A stretch of 64,000 bases of DNA from the human T2T-CHM13v2.0 reference genome, Homo sapiens, in assembly GCF_009914755.1 (NCBI RefSeq), contig NC_060928.1; one strand, 5' to 3'. This document shows, piece by piece, positions 1 to 14,904 of the stretch. The translations under genes and the position numbers were made by a program. The notes beneath the pieces are model-generated. The model had not been told where the DNA came from and made no database searches. It saw nothing but the letters and a program-made list of their open reading frames with translations. How positions within the stretch are numbered: the stretch's first letter is position 1; each line of letters starts with the position of its first letter.

Positions 1-1088
1 AGGTGTGAAGAAGCAAAGAAAGAAAGAAGGAACACTATTGCTTTTAATAAGCAATAGTGAGTTCTTTAGGAAAATAATGAATTAGAAATATGGAAGAAAA
101 ATGCATGCTGTTAGTACTCTGAGAAATAGAGTAACTAGGAGCAATCAGGTTATATAATATAGAAGTGGTTTTACAATTTTTTTTTTAGTTTTGTTTTCCT
201 TTAAAACTAACTTGAATTTGCCACTGATAAAAATACCTGCTCTACACATAGCAGTCATTTCAATGTTCCCACCTGAGATGACAATCTTTAGAAACATATA
301 TTTCATCTTCAGGACTTATATTGTAGTGCCTTGTAATTTTGCCCATCTGTTTCCATGGCATACGGCCTACTCAAGGATTGGTAGGACCCTTGGCAGCACT
401 GGCAGCAGCCTGAGGAGCTAGGTAATATGAAGTTTAAGCAAGGCATCTTGCAGAATTTTCCTTACAACATCTGTGAAGTTGGAAGAGCACAGGGAAGTCT
501 ATCTTTTCTGACAGCTTTGCCACATTGACTCCACATGTCTCTGTACATTTTGTGACACCTGTTCTTGCTGGTGTGCCAAAAGATAGGATTTTTTTTAAAA
601 AAGCTAACTCTTCCAAATTTACGGTCTGTCTACAAATGCATATATACTAATCAGTGGCAGAGTCACTTGGGAAATCAAGCAGTTCACATAGGTTTTATCA
701 TTTCTGTTTCTTGTATCTTATATGTTACATTGTGTGTGAAAAACTTTCCCTTATATGTATTTTACTATGTGTCTTATATATATCTTATATATCAACCATG
801 ACATAAGACATAAGGGAAAGGACAAAAACACTGAGATGCAGATATATTTTCAATTAACAGAAGGTATTCTCATAGTAAATTAATGAGAATGAATAAGTGA
901 AAATGAATATTTTAATTATGAAACGAAAGTAGATTAAGTAACTGCAAATACAGATTTTTAAAAATTTTGATTAATTGCATTAATGTTTATTAGTGTGAAG
1001 ATTTTATTTATTACATAAGTTTAATTTGGTTACATATTAACAATAATAGAAGAATAATACCTGTCCCCATGGAGAAGAAAACCAACAA

Positions 1089-1124
<36 letters not shown>
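1089..1124. repeat. (CA)n microsatellite
   Basis: Directly visible CA run. Confidence 0.95.
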
Positions 1125-1127
<3 letters not shown>

Positions 1128-1277
1128 ATTCTTGAAGAAGTGTCATATTTTCAGAATTGGAAAAAAAACACTAACAAAATCAAATCAACAGTCTTAATAT
1201 AAACTCTAAGGCAAGAAAAATAAGAAAAATTATTTTGAGCCTTTTAATATTAGTATATTTAATATTTTAGTTCTAAA

Positions 1278-1345
1278 ATCCCATTTTATAATTCAGGAAA
1301 TTGAGGTACAGATAAGTATAAGTAAGTGTCAATAACACTTTCAGG
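1278..1345 (-). mobile_element. MIR SINE fragment
   Basis: cccattttataattcaggaaattgaggtacaga resembles the reverse MIR core (cccattttacagatgaggaaactgagg). Confidence 0.5.
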
Positions 1346-2400
1346 GGACAAGTATTTAGTGCAAGAGAGAAGGAAGTTGTAGCTTCTTTCTCAAAAGTGA
1401 AGCAGCACTTCTCTTTTCCCTTTTAACTTGATATTACATCATTGATAGATGCTGGGAGACTCATACAAAAATAAGTTTTCTCAAAAAAGAATTTAATTAT
1501 CACACATTACCTATACATAATAACCTAACAGCATAATTTCTACTTAACTGTAATACTGAGATCAGAAACTCAAAAAAATTTAAAAATTCTTTTCAATATT
1601 ATAAACAATTTCATTTAATTATTCATTAGGCAATTAAAAACAGTATCACATTTTTGGAAAAATAAATAGTTACACAATTAGAAAAAATTTCAGGTGATCA
1701 ACTGTGTTTAAGCATATAGCAAATCTTAATATATTGGCTTTATTTTTTCATGTTTAAAACATGTTTTAAATATAGATTTAACTTAGAATCCATTATATTT
1801 TATTTGTTTTAGAATATTAAAATATCACAATTATTATTTGTTTCTGTATTTTCCATATTTTGGGGTTACATCTGACTTATTTTGTATTTTATATGCTTTT
1901 TTCAAAAACATTTTCTCATCATTGATTGCTTTAATTTTATCACTGAAAAGTATGCAAATGTGTTGGAAAGTTTAACCTAAAAGTATCTTACTCCTAAGAC
2001 ATTATTTAGCTGCATGATCTATTAGAGCAACATTATGAATAATTAGGCAAATAATTAATTGTATGATTTTTTTCTAGTATAAACAATACTTTATTTGCTG
2101 AAACCTGTTAAAGAAAACAAATATACCATACTTTTGGGAAGAATGTTCACAAAATAATATTTCAAAATGCTAATGAGCTGAATATTAATTATAGATGTCA
2201 GGGGATTGTTAATATCATGGAGCGAACTGATAAGACCAAGGACAACCTCCAGCTTTCTTTGCAGATCAAAATATTAATGGGACTTTATTGTCAACTTGTA
2301 TTTCTTTTTCCGAAGAATTCTTTAAAATTTTGTCACTATGTAGGTGATAAATTTGCACTTAAGAAGACCATTAGTGGGAGAAATTTATCCAATGTCACTA

Positions 2401-2756
2401 TGTATTAGTCCCTTTTCATGTTGCTAATAAAGACATACTTGAGACTGGGTAATTGATAAAGGAAAGAGGTGTCATGGACTTACAGTTCCACATGGCTGGG
2501 GAGGCCTTGCAATCATGGCAGAAGATGAAGGAAGGGCAAAGGGACATCTTACATGGTGGCAGGCAAGAGAGCATATGCAGGAGAAGTCTGCTTTATAAAA
2601 CCATCAGATCTCATGAGACTTACTCACTACCATAAGAACAGTATGGAGGGAGCTGCCCCCATGATTCAACTATCTCTACCTGGCCTTGCCCTTTTCCCAT
2701 GGGGGTTATTACAATTCAAGGCGAGATTTGGGCGGGGACACAGTCAAACCATATCT
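2401..2756 (-). mobile_element. THE1 (ERVL-MaLR) solo LTR, THE1B/C-like
   Basis: Begins tgtattagtc and ends gagatttggg..gggacacagtcaaaccatatc, the reverse complement of the THE1 termini; 5-bp TSD cacta/cacca. Confidence 0.9.
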
Positions 2757-2777
2757 CACCAATTGTAGTGCAACTTT

Positions 2778-3218
2778 TGATATGGTTTAGGTGATTGTCC
2801 CCTCCAAGTATTATGTTGAAATGTAATCCCCAGTGTTGAAGAGGGGCCTGGTGTGAGGTATTGGATTATGAGGACAGATCCCTCACGCATAGCTTAGTGT
2901 CATCCCCTTGGTGATGAGTGAGTTCTTGCTCTGAGTTCACAGGAGACCTGGTAGTTTAAATGGATATGGCCTCTTCCTCCTCTGTCTCATGCTCCTGCTC
3001 TTGCCATGTGATATGCCTGCTCCCTGTGATATGCCTGCTCCCCATTTGCCTTCTGCCTTGAGTAAAAACTTCCTGAAGCCCTCACCAGAAGCCACGCAGA
3101 AGCCACCACTGTGTTTCCTGTGCAGCAGCAGAACTGGGAATCTATTAAACCATTTTCCTTCATAAATTATCCAGTCTCAGTTCTTCCTTTATATCAATGC
3201 AAAAAAATTACTAACACA
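2778..3218 (+). mobile_element. MST (MSTB-like) MaLR solo LTR
   Basis: tgatatggttt...ctaacaca termini; MST body (tgttgaaatgtaatccccagtgttg; ggtgatgagtgagttc); TSD acttt/atttt; internal 18-bp tandem duplication at 3007-3042. Confidence 0.85.
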
Positions 3219-3520
3219 ATTTTCAATTCCTGTTAAAACCCAGAGTTAAATTTATCTTCCATTCTGTTATTACTTACATTTTTGAATGCTTACCAAATTT
3301 TTCATTCTGTGGTAGGGCCTATGAATTCACTGAAGAGTACAGTGAAATTTCTATACTTAAGGAGTTTCTGTACTGGTAGTTACCTTAATGAATAATTATC
3401 ATAATAAAAAATGTTGGAATTTTCCTCCACAAAATCATGATTTTATAAAGGTTTAAATTAGGTAAAATATTAGATGACATTGGTGTTTTGGGATGATAGC
3501 ATTAGTGAGAGTGTGGGCAA

Positions 3521-3749
3521 TAGTTTTTGTTTTTTTGAGACATGGTCTCACTCCGTCACTCAAAGGATCCTTATGCCTGAGCCTCTGAAGTGGCTTGGAC
3601 TACAGGCCTGCACCATCATGCCTGGTTAATTTTCTTAATTTTTAGTAGAGCTGAAGTCTTGCTATGCTGCCCAAGCTGGCCTCAAGCAATCTTCCTGCTT
3701 TAGACTCCCAAAGTGCTGGGATTACAGACGTGAACCACTATGCCTAGCC
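3521..3749 (-). mobile_element. AluJ-like element with two internal deletions
   Basis: T-rich tail, gagacatggtctcactc, ctcccaaagtgctgggattacag; TSD tgtgg(g/a)caa. Confidence 0.85.
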
Positions 3750-3990
3750 TGTGGACAAGGATTAAAGGAGTGATTCATTGGTAGGAAAAATTGGAGTCTC
3801 TTTTAATAAATAGTGACAATTTTGAATTTTTTTATACATGAGGGGTTTTAAGTCACTTTTAGGGATATAAAAATTTCATTGAGATCTCCTATTTTTGGGG
3901 AGAGATATTTAGGATATTTAAGTGAAAAATGTGAGTGAAGCAAATAGATATTTGTCTAAAATATAAGTTTTAATATTGTAAAAAGAAAAA

Positions 3991-3994
<4 letters not shown>

Positions 3995-4040
<46 letters not shown>
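3995..4040. repeat. (TA)n microsatellite
   Basis: Pure TA run. Confidence 0.95.
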
Positions 4041-4047
<7 letters not shown>

Positions 4048-4402
4048 GCTGATATTCTTCTTTAGTAGGTTATAAACGGAGGTCCAGGCAAGTGAAGAGA
4101 AATGATTTGAATCTGGGTAGAATGATTACTTCTCACAAGCCACCCTAGTGACTCCATCTAGTCAGACATACATAATCTGTAATCGTGGAAGAAAGGCAAC
4201 CAACCATAACATTTCTCAAGATAAAATACAGTGAAGAACTCTAAAGGAGGTAGATTATTAATATGCTTACTTGAAGCTTCAATTAAAAGAATACTAATTA
4301 TGAAGTGACTCTAGCACTGAGTTCAACACGAAGTTATAAGAACAATAATATCACAGTTGTAATCGGACAATGGATTATAGTCAATTACAAAGGAATATAA
4401 AT

Positions 4403-4852
4403 TTGTGAGGACTTTAGATGTAGAAATAAACATAGACAAACCAAATACAAACAAATGCAGACAATTTTTTCGGAGCTTGCTATATCAACGGAGTTACCCA
4501 CCATCACTTACATTTGGCAGAAATTCAAGACAAGCAGGGGAGTAGAAAAGATTTCCAGTGAAATAAAGGGAAGGCTTTAGGTAGGCTCTGAATGGAGGGT
4601 GTTCACTTGGGGAAGATGGAAGTGGACTAGCAAGAAATGAAGCTCCCCACATTACTGGTTTGGAGAACATATTTGGCTTTCTCTGGTTAGTCCTGAGCTA
4701 GATGAGAGGTAGAGAGGAAGTGACAAAAATTATAAAAGTTGACAGTTATTGACCAACTCCTGACTGTTCTGGCCCAATTGCAGCAGATGTGGCTTGGGTT
4801 TCCATTTTCATATGTAGCCTAACTATTGTCCATTTATATATTCAGTCCTCCA
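4403..4852 (-). mobile_element. Old ERV LTR, family unassigned
   Basis: Blocks such as ccaccatcacttacatttggcag and catatttggctttctctggtt resemble an ERV1-class LTR in reverse; boundaries approximate. Confidence 0.45.
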
Positions 4853-4963
4853 TAAGGAAATGTTACAAAAAATGTAAGTAGATAACAATTTCATCCTCTT
4901 TCTGATCTCACTCATTATTTTTTAGCCTATTGGATATCCACCTCTTCTTAGATCCAAACATCT

Positions 4964-5270
4964 ATCTTCTTTCCTTCCTTCCTTCCTTCCTTCCTTCCTT
5001 CCTTCCTTCCTTCCTTCCTTCCTTCCTGCCTTCTTTCCTTCCCTTCCTCCCTCCTTCTTTCCTTCTTTCTTCTTTCTCTTCTTTCTTTCTCATCTTTCTT
5101 TCCTTCTCTTTCTTTACTTCCTTCCTTCTTTCTCTTCTTTCCTTCTTTCCTTCTTTTTTCCCTTCCTTCCCTCCTTCCTTCCCCACTTCCTTCCTTCCCT
5201 CTTTCCTTCCTTCCTTCCTCCTTTCTCTTTCTCTCTTTCCTTTCTTTCTCTCTCTCTCTCTCTCTCTCTT
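4964..5270. repeat. (TTCC)n/(TC)n polypyrimidine tract, expanded from an Alu tail
   Basis: Directly visible; lies between the TSD and the 3' end of a minus-strand Alu. Confidence 0.9.
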
Positions 5271-5721
5271 CAAGACAGTTTTATTCTGTCACCCAGGCTG
5301 GAGTGCAGTGGCACAATCTCAGCTCACTGCAACCTCCACCTCCCAGGTTCAAGCAATTATCATTCTCTTTCTGATCTCACTCATTATTTTTTAGCCTATT
5401 GGATATCTACCTCTTCTTAAATCCAAACATCTTCCTTCCCTTCCTTCCCTTCCTTTCCTTCCTTCCCTTCCTTCCCTTCCTTCCTTCCTTCTCATGCTTG
5501 AACCTGGGAGGTGGAGGTTGCAGTGAGCCGAGATCGAGTGTCCCGAGTAGCTAGGAGTACAAGCATGTGCCACCATGCCAGTCTAATTTTTGTATTTTTA
5601 GTAGAGACAGGGTTTCACCATGATTTTGGCCAGGTGGTCTCAAATTCCTGGCCTCAAGTGATCTACACACATTGGCCTCCCAAAGTGCTGGGTTTACAGG
5701 TATGAGCCACCACACCTGGCC
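5271..5721 (-). mobile_element. Alu (S/J age) interrupted by a complex duplication and inversion
   Basis: Alu right arm 5271-5358 resumes at 5541 and runs to 5721; TSD agatccaaa(c/t)at at 4950 and 5722. Confidence 0.9.
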
Positions 5722-6200
5722 AGATCCAAATATTTTTCTATTGTCAGAAATTAAGACTGAGACAAAAAGCTTAAAAAATATTAAAAAAAATATTTTCTTT
5801 CTTCCCCCTTATATTTTATGTTGAGCAATTTGCTCCTTGTAAAACACTTCCATTATTAATTCGCTCTTGCTTTTGTCCAAACTTACATTACCAAATCTGT
5901 TACCATGGAAAAACTCATTGACAATTTAAGAAAAAAATAAACAGAACTTACTTGTCATTTATTTTCTCTTTCCAATTAAATCAGATGCTTTTCAGAATTT
6001 TTGTTTCATTTTCTCACTAAGCTTTTTATTTTTTCTTCCAGTTTACTCATATTCTTTTACAAATATGTTTAGCCAAAATATGATCTTCTCCTTTAATCCA
6101 TAGGGAATACAGATTCTCTGACACATAGCTAGATGCAAGAAGATGGATTTTATAAGCAACTTAAAGTATACAGGATATGTTTCCTTCTCATATGAAGTGA

Positions 6201-6583
<383 letters not shown>

Positions 6584-7734
6584 AACATACTTCTTTAAAG
6601 AAAAGAGATATAATTTATTTTGATTCAGTAATATATACTATATGTACACAGGCAATAATTCTTTAATAAATATCATATTAATAAATCCCCACACCTTATC
6701 ACTATTCAATTTAACTTTATACTTTATTTTATATGTTCAAAATATGCTTTAATTAAAACTAAACATAAAGTTTAAATTATAACCCATTTTTGAAATGCTT
6801 TCAGGCCATGTGTGAGAGCATATCATTAGGATATCAGTTAACTGATCTTATATGCACCAAATTTAAACTATCATGTAGATTATTATTCTTAACAATGTTT
6901 TTGTGTTACATTATTTACAAATTTCATTCAAAAGCACTGTTTTCATCTTATCTAAATAACCTCATCATTAGTCTCCTTCTCTGCTTATATGCCATAACCT
7001 TAGTAAGCAATGATACAAAACGGTTGTGATTAATGTACTATGAATAAAATATTTAGGCATGAATCAGCCTTGCTTCAAGAGAAACAAAATTCTTTTCATG
7101 AAATATAAATGATTTTGATTTATAACCAAATGGCTGCTCAATGATACCTTCAGCTTAAAACATTCTAAGTTTAATTTATTTCTTCTGAACCATCTCCTCA
7201 CTGACAAGCATACACAACAAAGTACTCAAACCTCCTAACAGTCTGGTCATAAGACATTTAAGGTAAATTTCTTAGTCTTCTCTTAAAAATCACTTTACAA
7301 ATCTGGGTAATATCTGGACAAGCACCGACTCATATCACATTTCTGACTTATCTGTCTTTGTGTATTAAAAGCTATTTTCAGTAAGGCATCCACCAATTAG
7401 AAGCACATTTGGTCTCCAGGTGGAAAACAGAGTGCAAATTTGATCCTTGCTCAATGTCTCACTCCAGATCCACATATGAAAAGTGCTGGCAACTAATGAG
7501 GACTTAATATTTCACATTCACTAAGGTTGGGACTAGGGAATCAGCATCTTAACTGCCTAATCAAAACCTCTTTAGTTAGGCAAAAAGCACCCTCCATTTC
7601 AGATGTAGGCACTGAATGTTAAATCCTCCATTTTAAAGTGATGTTTGATATGCAAGGGGCCTTCAAGAACTATGGGATTCTCAGAGGCAGTAGTCAGCTC
7701 ATGATGTTAATAATTCACATAATTCATCATGATG

Positions 7735-8229
7735 TGTATTAGGGTTCTTCAGAGAATAGAATCAATAGAATATATACAGACATAGAAGAGGAGATTATTA
7801 TGGGAATTGGCTCATGTGACAATGGAAAGCAAAACGTCCCACGATCTGCTGTCTGCCAGATGGAGAACCAAGAAAGCCAGTGGTTTAATTTAGTTTGAGA
7901 CTGAAGGCCTGAGAACCAGGAGGGCCTCTAGTATAAGTTCAAGAGTCCAAAGGTCCAAGAGCCAGGAGCTCCGGACATCTGAGGACAGGAGAAGACGGAT
8001 GTGTCAACTCAAGGAGAGGGAAACAGAATTTGCCCTTCTCCCACCTTTGTCTTCTATTTCAGACCTCAACAGACTCGATGAGGCCCACTCACATTAGTGA
8101 GGGGAATCTTCTTTACTCAGTCTATTTCTTCAAATGCTCTTCTCTTCCAGAAACACTCCTGGAAATAATGTTTTACCAGCTGTCTGGGTATTTGACCAGT
8201 CAAGTTGAAACATAAAATTAACTATCGCA
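7735..8229 (-). mobile_element. MLT2 (HERV-L) solo LTR, MLT2B-like
   Basis: tgtattagggttct...taaaattaactatcgca termini; perfect 5-bp TSD TGATG. Confidence 0.9.
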
Positions 8230-8937
8230 TGATGTCTCTTTGCTTAATATTTTTACAGTAATAAATCAGCTTTCAAATTTTTTTTTATAAAAAGCAACAT
8301 TGTGTAACATATTTATGTGTTTCCTCTGTTATTCACAAATTGAATCCCTCAAACAATATTTAGCGCTTTTGTGTCAAGGACTAAAGCAGATGCTGGGAAG
8401 AACAGCGAAATGGTTAAGATTAATTGCTAAGGCAAATCCTGTTTTAACTAAAAGAAATTAAAAGACACCAACAATATTTTTATACAGCTTAGTACTTTTT
8501 CTAGTCATCAGACTCTAGAAATATAGAATGGCAGTAATCATGCTTAACCGTGTTTTTGTCTGACAAACACAAATATAGACTATTCTCTAGAAAAAAAATG
8601 CAATGTTGGTTTTCTAGAGATTCAGTAAAATAAAATGAAGAGAGAAAATAAAAAATAAGTTATGTTTAAATACAGTATCGAGGTTTGAGGGTCAAATTGT
8701 AAAAAGAAGTTTTACTAATTTTAGTTTTTTAAGTTTTAATAATATTTCTATACCTTAAATCCTAAACTATTATTTAATATATATTATAAAACAAATTAAG
8801 TCAAATTACTAATGCATTTAACCATTTACTATAGTTTAATCAATTTCTTTGTTTTGCATATGTATTATTGTAAGCTCCAATGCAAAGTGCTAAATAAATA
8901 GTCTTTAAGGTGTCATTTTCCATGGAGATAAACATAT

Positions 8938-9097
8938 CACATATATATTATATATGTGTTTATATATATACACATATATAACAATCATGTATATATGTAT
9001 ATGTATAATTATGTATATATGTATAATTATGTATATATAATTATGTCTGTATTATGTATAAATATGTGTGTGTATATATGTACATATATATATAATT
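8938..9097. repeat. (TA)/(TATG)-rich simple repeat
   Basis: Directly visible low-complexity tract. Confidence 0.85.
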
Positions 9098-9167
9098 ATT
9101 GACATTTAGTAAGTATTTGTAAAGGTATACCTGAAGGACAGAAGATTATTTAAAAAGCTGTAAAATA

Positions 9168-9499
<332 letters not shown>

Positions 9500-11688
9500 C
9501 TATTAAGAATACACTATTGTCATAATCTACTATTTAGAAAATACTCTTTGGAACATTCCAAATGTATTCCTGCAAGCTTTTCTTACAAAAAAAAAATTAG
9601 TATTCTGAAAACCCTAATAGTGTGAGTTAAAAGAATAAACATTTACCTTATTATATTTTCATAACTAGTGAGGAAATGCTAGATTGAGCCTTGGGGAACT
9701 AAATATATTACAGGCATGAAAAATGTTTCATTTCTGATGCTGCTTTCAAATGACAGCATAATATGTTATGGATCATTTGATTTTTTTGTATGAAAACGCT
9801 GTTCAGCACCCAAAAAGGCATATGCTGCTAACGGCATGTGTTGCAATCCTTTTTATGACAGCTGGCAACAGGAAAATGCCAGTCAAAACACAAAATGTCA
9901 AGCAGAAATTGTCCCAATAAAAAGTATTAGTTTTCAAAAATCATTCATAAATAAGCTCCATTACATTTCTTTCATTGATTCCAAGCATCATTAATCAAAA
10001 GCAGCCTCAAATATCCTAACAATTATAACCTAAAAAGATAGAAGGAGCTAAGAAAAAATTACTACAGTTTCTTCTTAATTCCTACAAGGTTAGTTTTGCT
10101 CTTTTATCATACTCTGGAACTCCACCTATTATAGCCCTATTTTAAAGATGCCAAGTTGAGACTTCAACCTTGGCCTTTCTGAGAACTTTTAGCAAACAAA
10201 AATGAAGAATATTAGCAGCTATACATATTACCTGATGTTTTTAACATTAAAAAAACAGCTTTAATCTTATTTTTTCAGCCTCTCTATATCAACAGTTTTT
10301 AAGTAAATTTTATTTACTTACTTATTTTTGCTGAGTTGTCTGGCTTTATTGAACCAAGTTTTATTTTTCCTTCACAAAATGTTCAACATTAATATGAAGA
10401 TTCATGGCTGTTTGGGGACTTTATAATTTATTAGAGCCAAGGCAGAAGAGAATTCCACCTGGTAAATGAGATTATTTCCACTTTTACTTCTACTTCAGCA
10501 CTTTTTTTCTAACTCATTTAATTAAAAAGAACAGGAGAGTTAGAAAGGGAAACACAAAAGTGAATCAAGAAATAATACTACAATATTAACCAAGAACGTG
10601 TATGTCCCCATCATCTTTATCTTCTTTACTAAGGGGAAATATTTCTTTGGAGGTTTTGAATGCTTTTGCAGACAGCTAAATGAAAGGTGTGAGATCTGAT
10701 GACCTCATTCTTCCTGGTGGCTGTGAATTTATTACAGAGCTTGTTTATTTGAATTGGTTAACTATAGATTGATATTCTCTCTCTCTCTAGATAGATATAT
10801 ATGAAAAATATGTATAAAATGTTTCTATATATGATCTATATCTATATATATCTATATATATACACACATGTATATGACAATTTCAATGAAATATCAGAAG
10901 TAGAAAAGGCTGACGTAGATAGCATCAAACTAAGTTTTCATAAAACATACTTATGATTATACAGTATATATAAAACAAATAATAATATTTAGACATAAAA
11001 AGAATAGTGGAAAAATGAAAAAGCAGCAGAAAATAACTGAATAAAAATGTGGTGACAGCCTTTGGATATGAATATTTGACCATGCTGGTGTTACTTTGCG
11101 GAGACGTTGCAACTTTCACACCCTGTTACTTTCCTTGAGTGATGTAGCTCCCAATGAAGCACATGTAGCCTCTTGAGGCCTAGACTCTGACCTGGCGTGC
11201 AACTTCTTCTGCCGTATTTTAACAGCCAAAGCAACTCACAGGGACAGTTGGATTCAAGTGATGGGAAAAGAGACTTTGCCTTTTAAGTTAGAAAAAAATG
11301 CTGTCACATTTTAAGAATGTGAAATACTTCTAAAACATGGTTTTTCTTTCTGCTATATAGCAGTTGTGAATATTTCATAGATTAATTGAAGTGATTTTTC
11401 AGATTATAAAAATGTCATGAAAGATCAAATATATTATTTTATTATGAATGTATGACAGAGATAATAAATATGAGTTCAACATTTATTTGAAACATCAATT
11501 CTAAATGTTTATTTTAGTAGAGTGCAATAAAATGCATAACAAATGGAGCATTATTTTATTTATCTAAATAGCATCATAAATGAACATGACACTACAATGA
11601 TCAGTGTTAGACAAATAGCAATTTCTGTTCGCATAAATTATGGATATATATAAATATCCTTGCTTGTGGAGAAGCAGGCACAAGTTTT

Positions 11689-12855
<1,167 letters not shown>

Positions 12856-12919
12856 TTATGAATAATAATGAATATATTGTGAGTTGATATAGGTGGCCCA
12901 CTTGTTTATATATTTTCTA

Positions 12920-14090
12920 AAATTGTATTATGAAAAATAGAAATTTACAGGAAATAAGAAGGTATAAAATAATAACTGCAGTATACCATTCACTGAAGAT
13001 TCGCCAATTGGTAACATTTGCCACTTTGCTTTACCTCTTCCAGCCCTCTTCTCTCTCTTCTCTCCCACCTCTCCCTTTCCCACTTCTTCCCCTCCCCATG
13101 TTTTTTGATTTTGCCTTTAGAATCTAACTCAAAAACAAAAACAAAAAAAAAGGTTATTTGCCACATGACTACAATAGCATGATCACATATAGGGAAGTTG
13201 ATTACTATTGATATAGAATTATCTAATATACAGTATATTTTCAAAATGTCCAAGTTGTCCCCCAAATTTTTGTTATAGCTGCTTTTCCACAAACCTAGGC
13301 TATCACAGATTGCATTTTGTTGTCATTTAGTATCAGTTTTCCCAAATCTGGAAGAGCGCCTACAGTTTTTTGGGTCATTTATGATATTGATACTATTGAG
13401 GAGTTCAGGCCAGTGGCTTGTGGAATTTCCAGCAATCCAGCTGTACTTCACTGCTGTGGTTAAATAAAGTCAGTTAAATATTTCTGGTAAAAATACTACA
13501 AAAGGGTATTGTATTTGGTCTGGTGTGTTACTCATTATATTATACCAGAAACATAGAAGGTCATTTTTTTCCCATATTGGTGATGCTTACTTTTATCGCT
13601 TACTCAAGGAGGCACTGTCTATAATCTCTCTACTCTAAGAGAAACATTTATTTCCTTTTGTGAATGATAAATACACTATGGAAAGGTACTTTGAGGCAAT
13701 AAGTATATTGAATCCCCAGACCTTTGCACATATTAACTCCACTTCTGATATATATCTGAAACTTTTCATATAGTAAGGGCAGTAAAAAAAATTTTTGAAG
13801 TTTAACTTACTTTTTTTTCTCAAGAAAAGCATGACTTCTTTCTTCCTATTTTTGTTAATTGCTACGAAATTTTTGATTCTGTTTCAGTATAATTTATTGT
13901 CATGATTACACATTTGGATGCTCAATTTGTACAGAATTTGGCCAGGGTCCCCGTCCCACAGGGCATTGTGTCTTTTTGACATAACTTCAGTAGTACTGAG
14001 GCACTTCCTCTTTCCGGTTTAACAAAATTTTTGTGGCCACCTTTGTTACTCCACTATTTCAGATTCAGCCATTTCTTCATGAGTCCTTTT
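12920..14090 (-). mobile_element. Ancient L1M (L1MC-like) 3' region
   Basis: Degraded motifs typical of reverse L1MC 3' ends (taacatttgccactttgcttt; gcattttgttgtcat); boundaries approximate. Confidence 0.5.
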
Positions 14091-14161
14091 AGAGGGAAAT
14101 AGGAGCAGTTGGGTGCCCCTGGTCCCCAGACTTTCAAAGCTATTATATATAACATGGATAT

Positions 14162-14165
<4 letters not shown>

Positions 14166-14198
<33 letters not shown>

Positions 14199-14211
14199 TG
14201 CACATACACAC
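14166..14211. repeat. (CA)n microsatellite
   Basis: Directly visible. Confidence 0.95.
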
Positions 14212-14299
14212 AATTGCACCTCTATTGATATTCAAACAGGCCATATGGTGTCAACATACCTGGTAGCCTGCATGGGAAATTCTTCCATGTGTACATCTA

Positions 14300-14590
14300 T
14301 TTTTCTTTTAAGATGTAGTCTCGCCCTATAGCCCAGGCTGGAGTGCAATGGTGTGATCTTGGCTCACTGCAACCTCCACCTCCTGAGTTCAAGTGATTCC
14401 CCTGCCTCAGCCTACTGAGTAGCTGTGATTACAGGTGTGTGCCACCACATCCAGCTAATTTTTTGTATCTTTAGTATACATGGGGTTTCACCATGCTGGC
14501 CAAGCTGGCCTCAAACTCCTGACCTCGTGATCCGCCTGCCTTGGCCTCCTAAAGTGCTGGGATTATAGGCATGAGCCACCGTGCCCAGCC
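14300..14590 (-). mobile_element. AluS (Sg-like)
   Basis: Full dimer; gacctcgtgatcc; TSD gtgta(c/t)atct. Confidence 0.92.
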
Positions 14591-14904
14591 GTGTATATCT
14601 TTTTAATATGCTTTTTATGTTTCTATTATCTTCGGAGGTAGCAAGAAAAAATAAGATGTATAGCCACATCATAGAATAAACTCACTGTGGCATTACATTC
14701 AATTGAACAAATTTAACAACTATTTTTTAATAAAATAATAGCACATATGGAGAAACCTCAGTTTACCCCAAAGGCAGAGTATGCTTCTAACTTTCATACT
14801 TGATTTAATGCATGTTGCTAATAATATATCAATGAAAGAAGCACACATTCTTTCATTAATCTGTCATGGATGTGAAGTAAAAATATATAATATTTATATA
14901 CTAC

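Noticed and set aside
4930-5394. 154-aa and 103-aa low-complexity ORFs
   Set aside because: They are translations of the (TTCC)n tract and adjacent Alu sequence.
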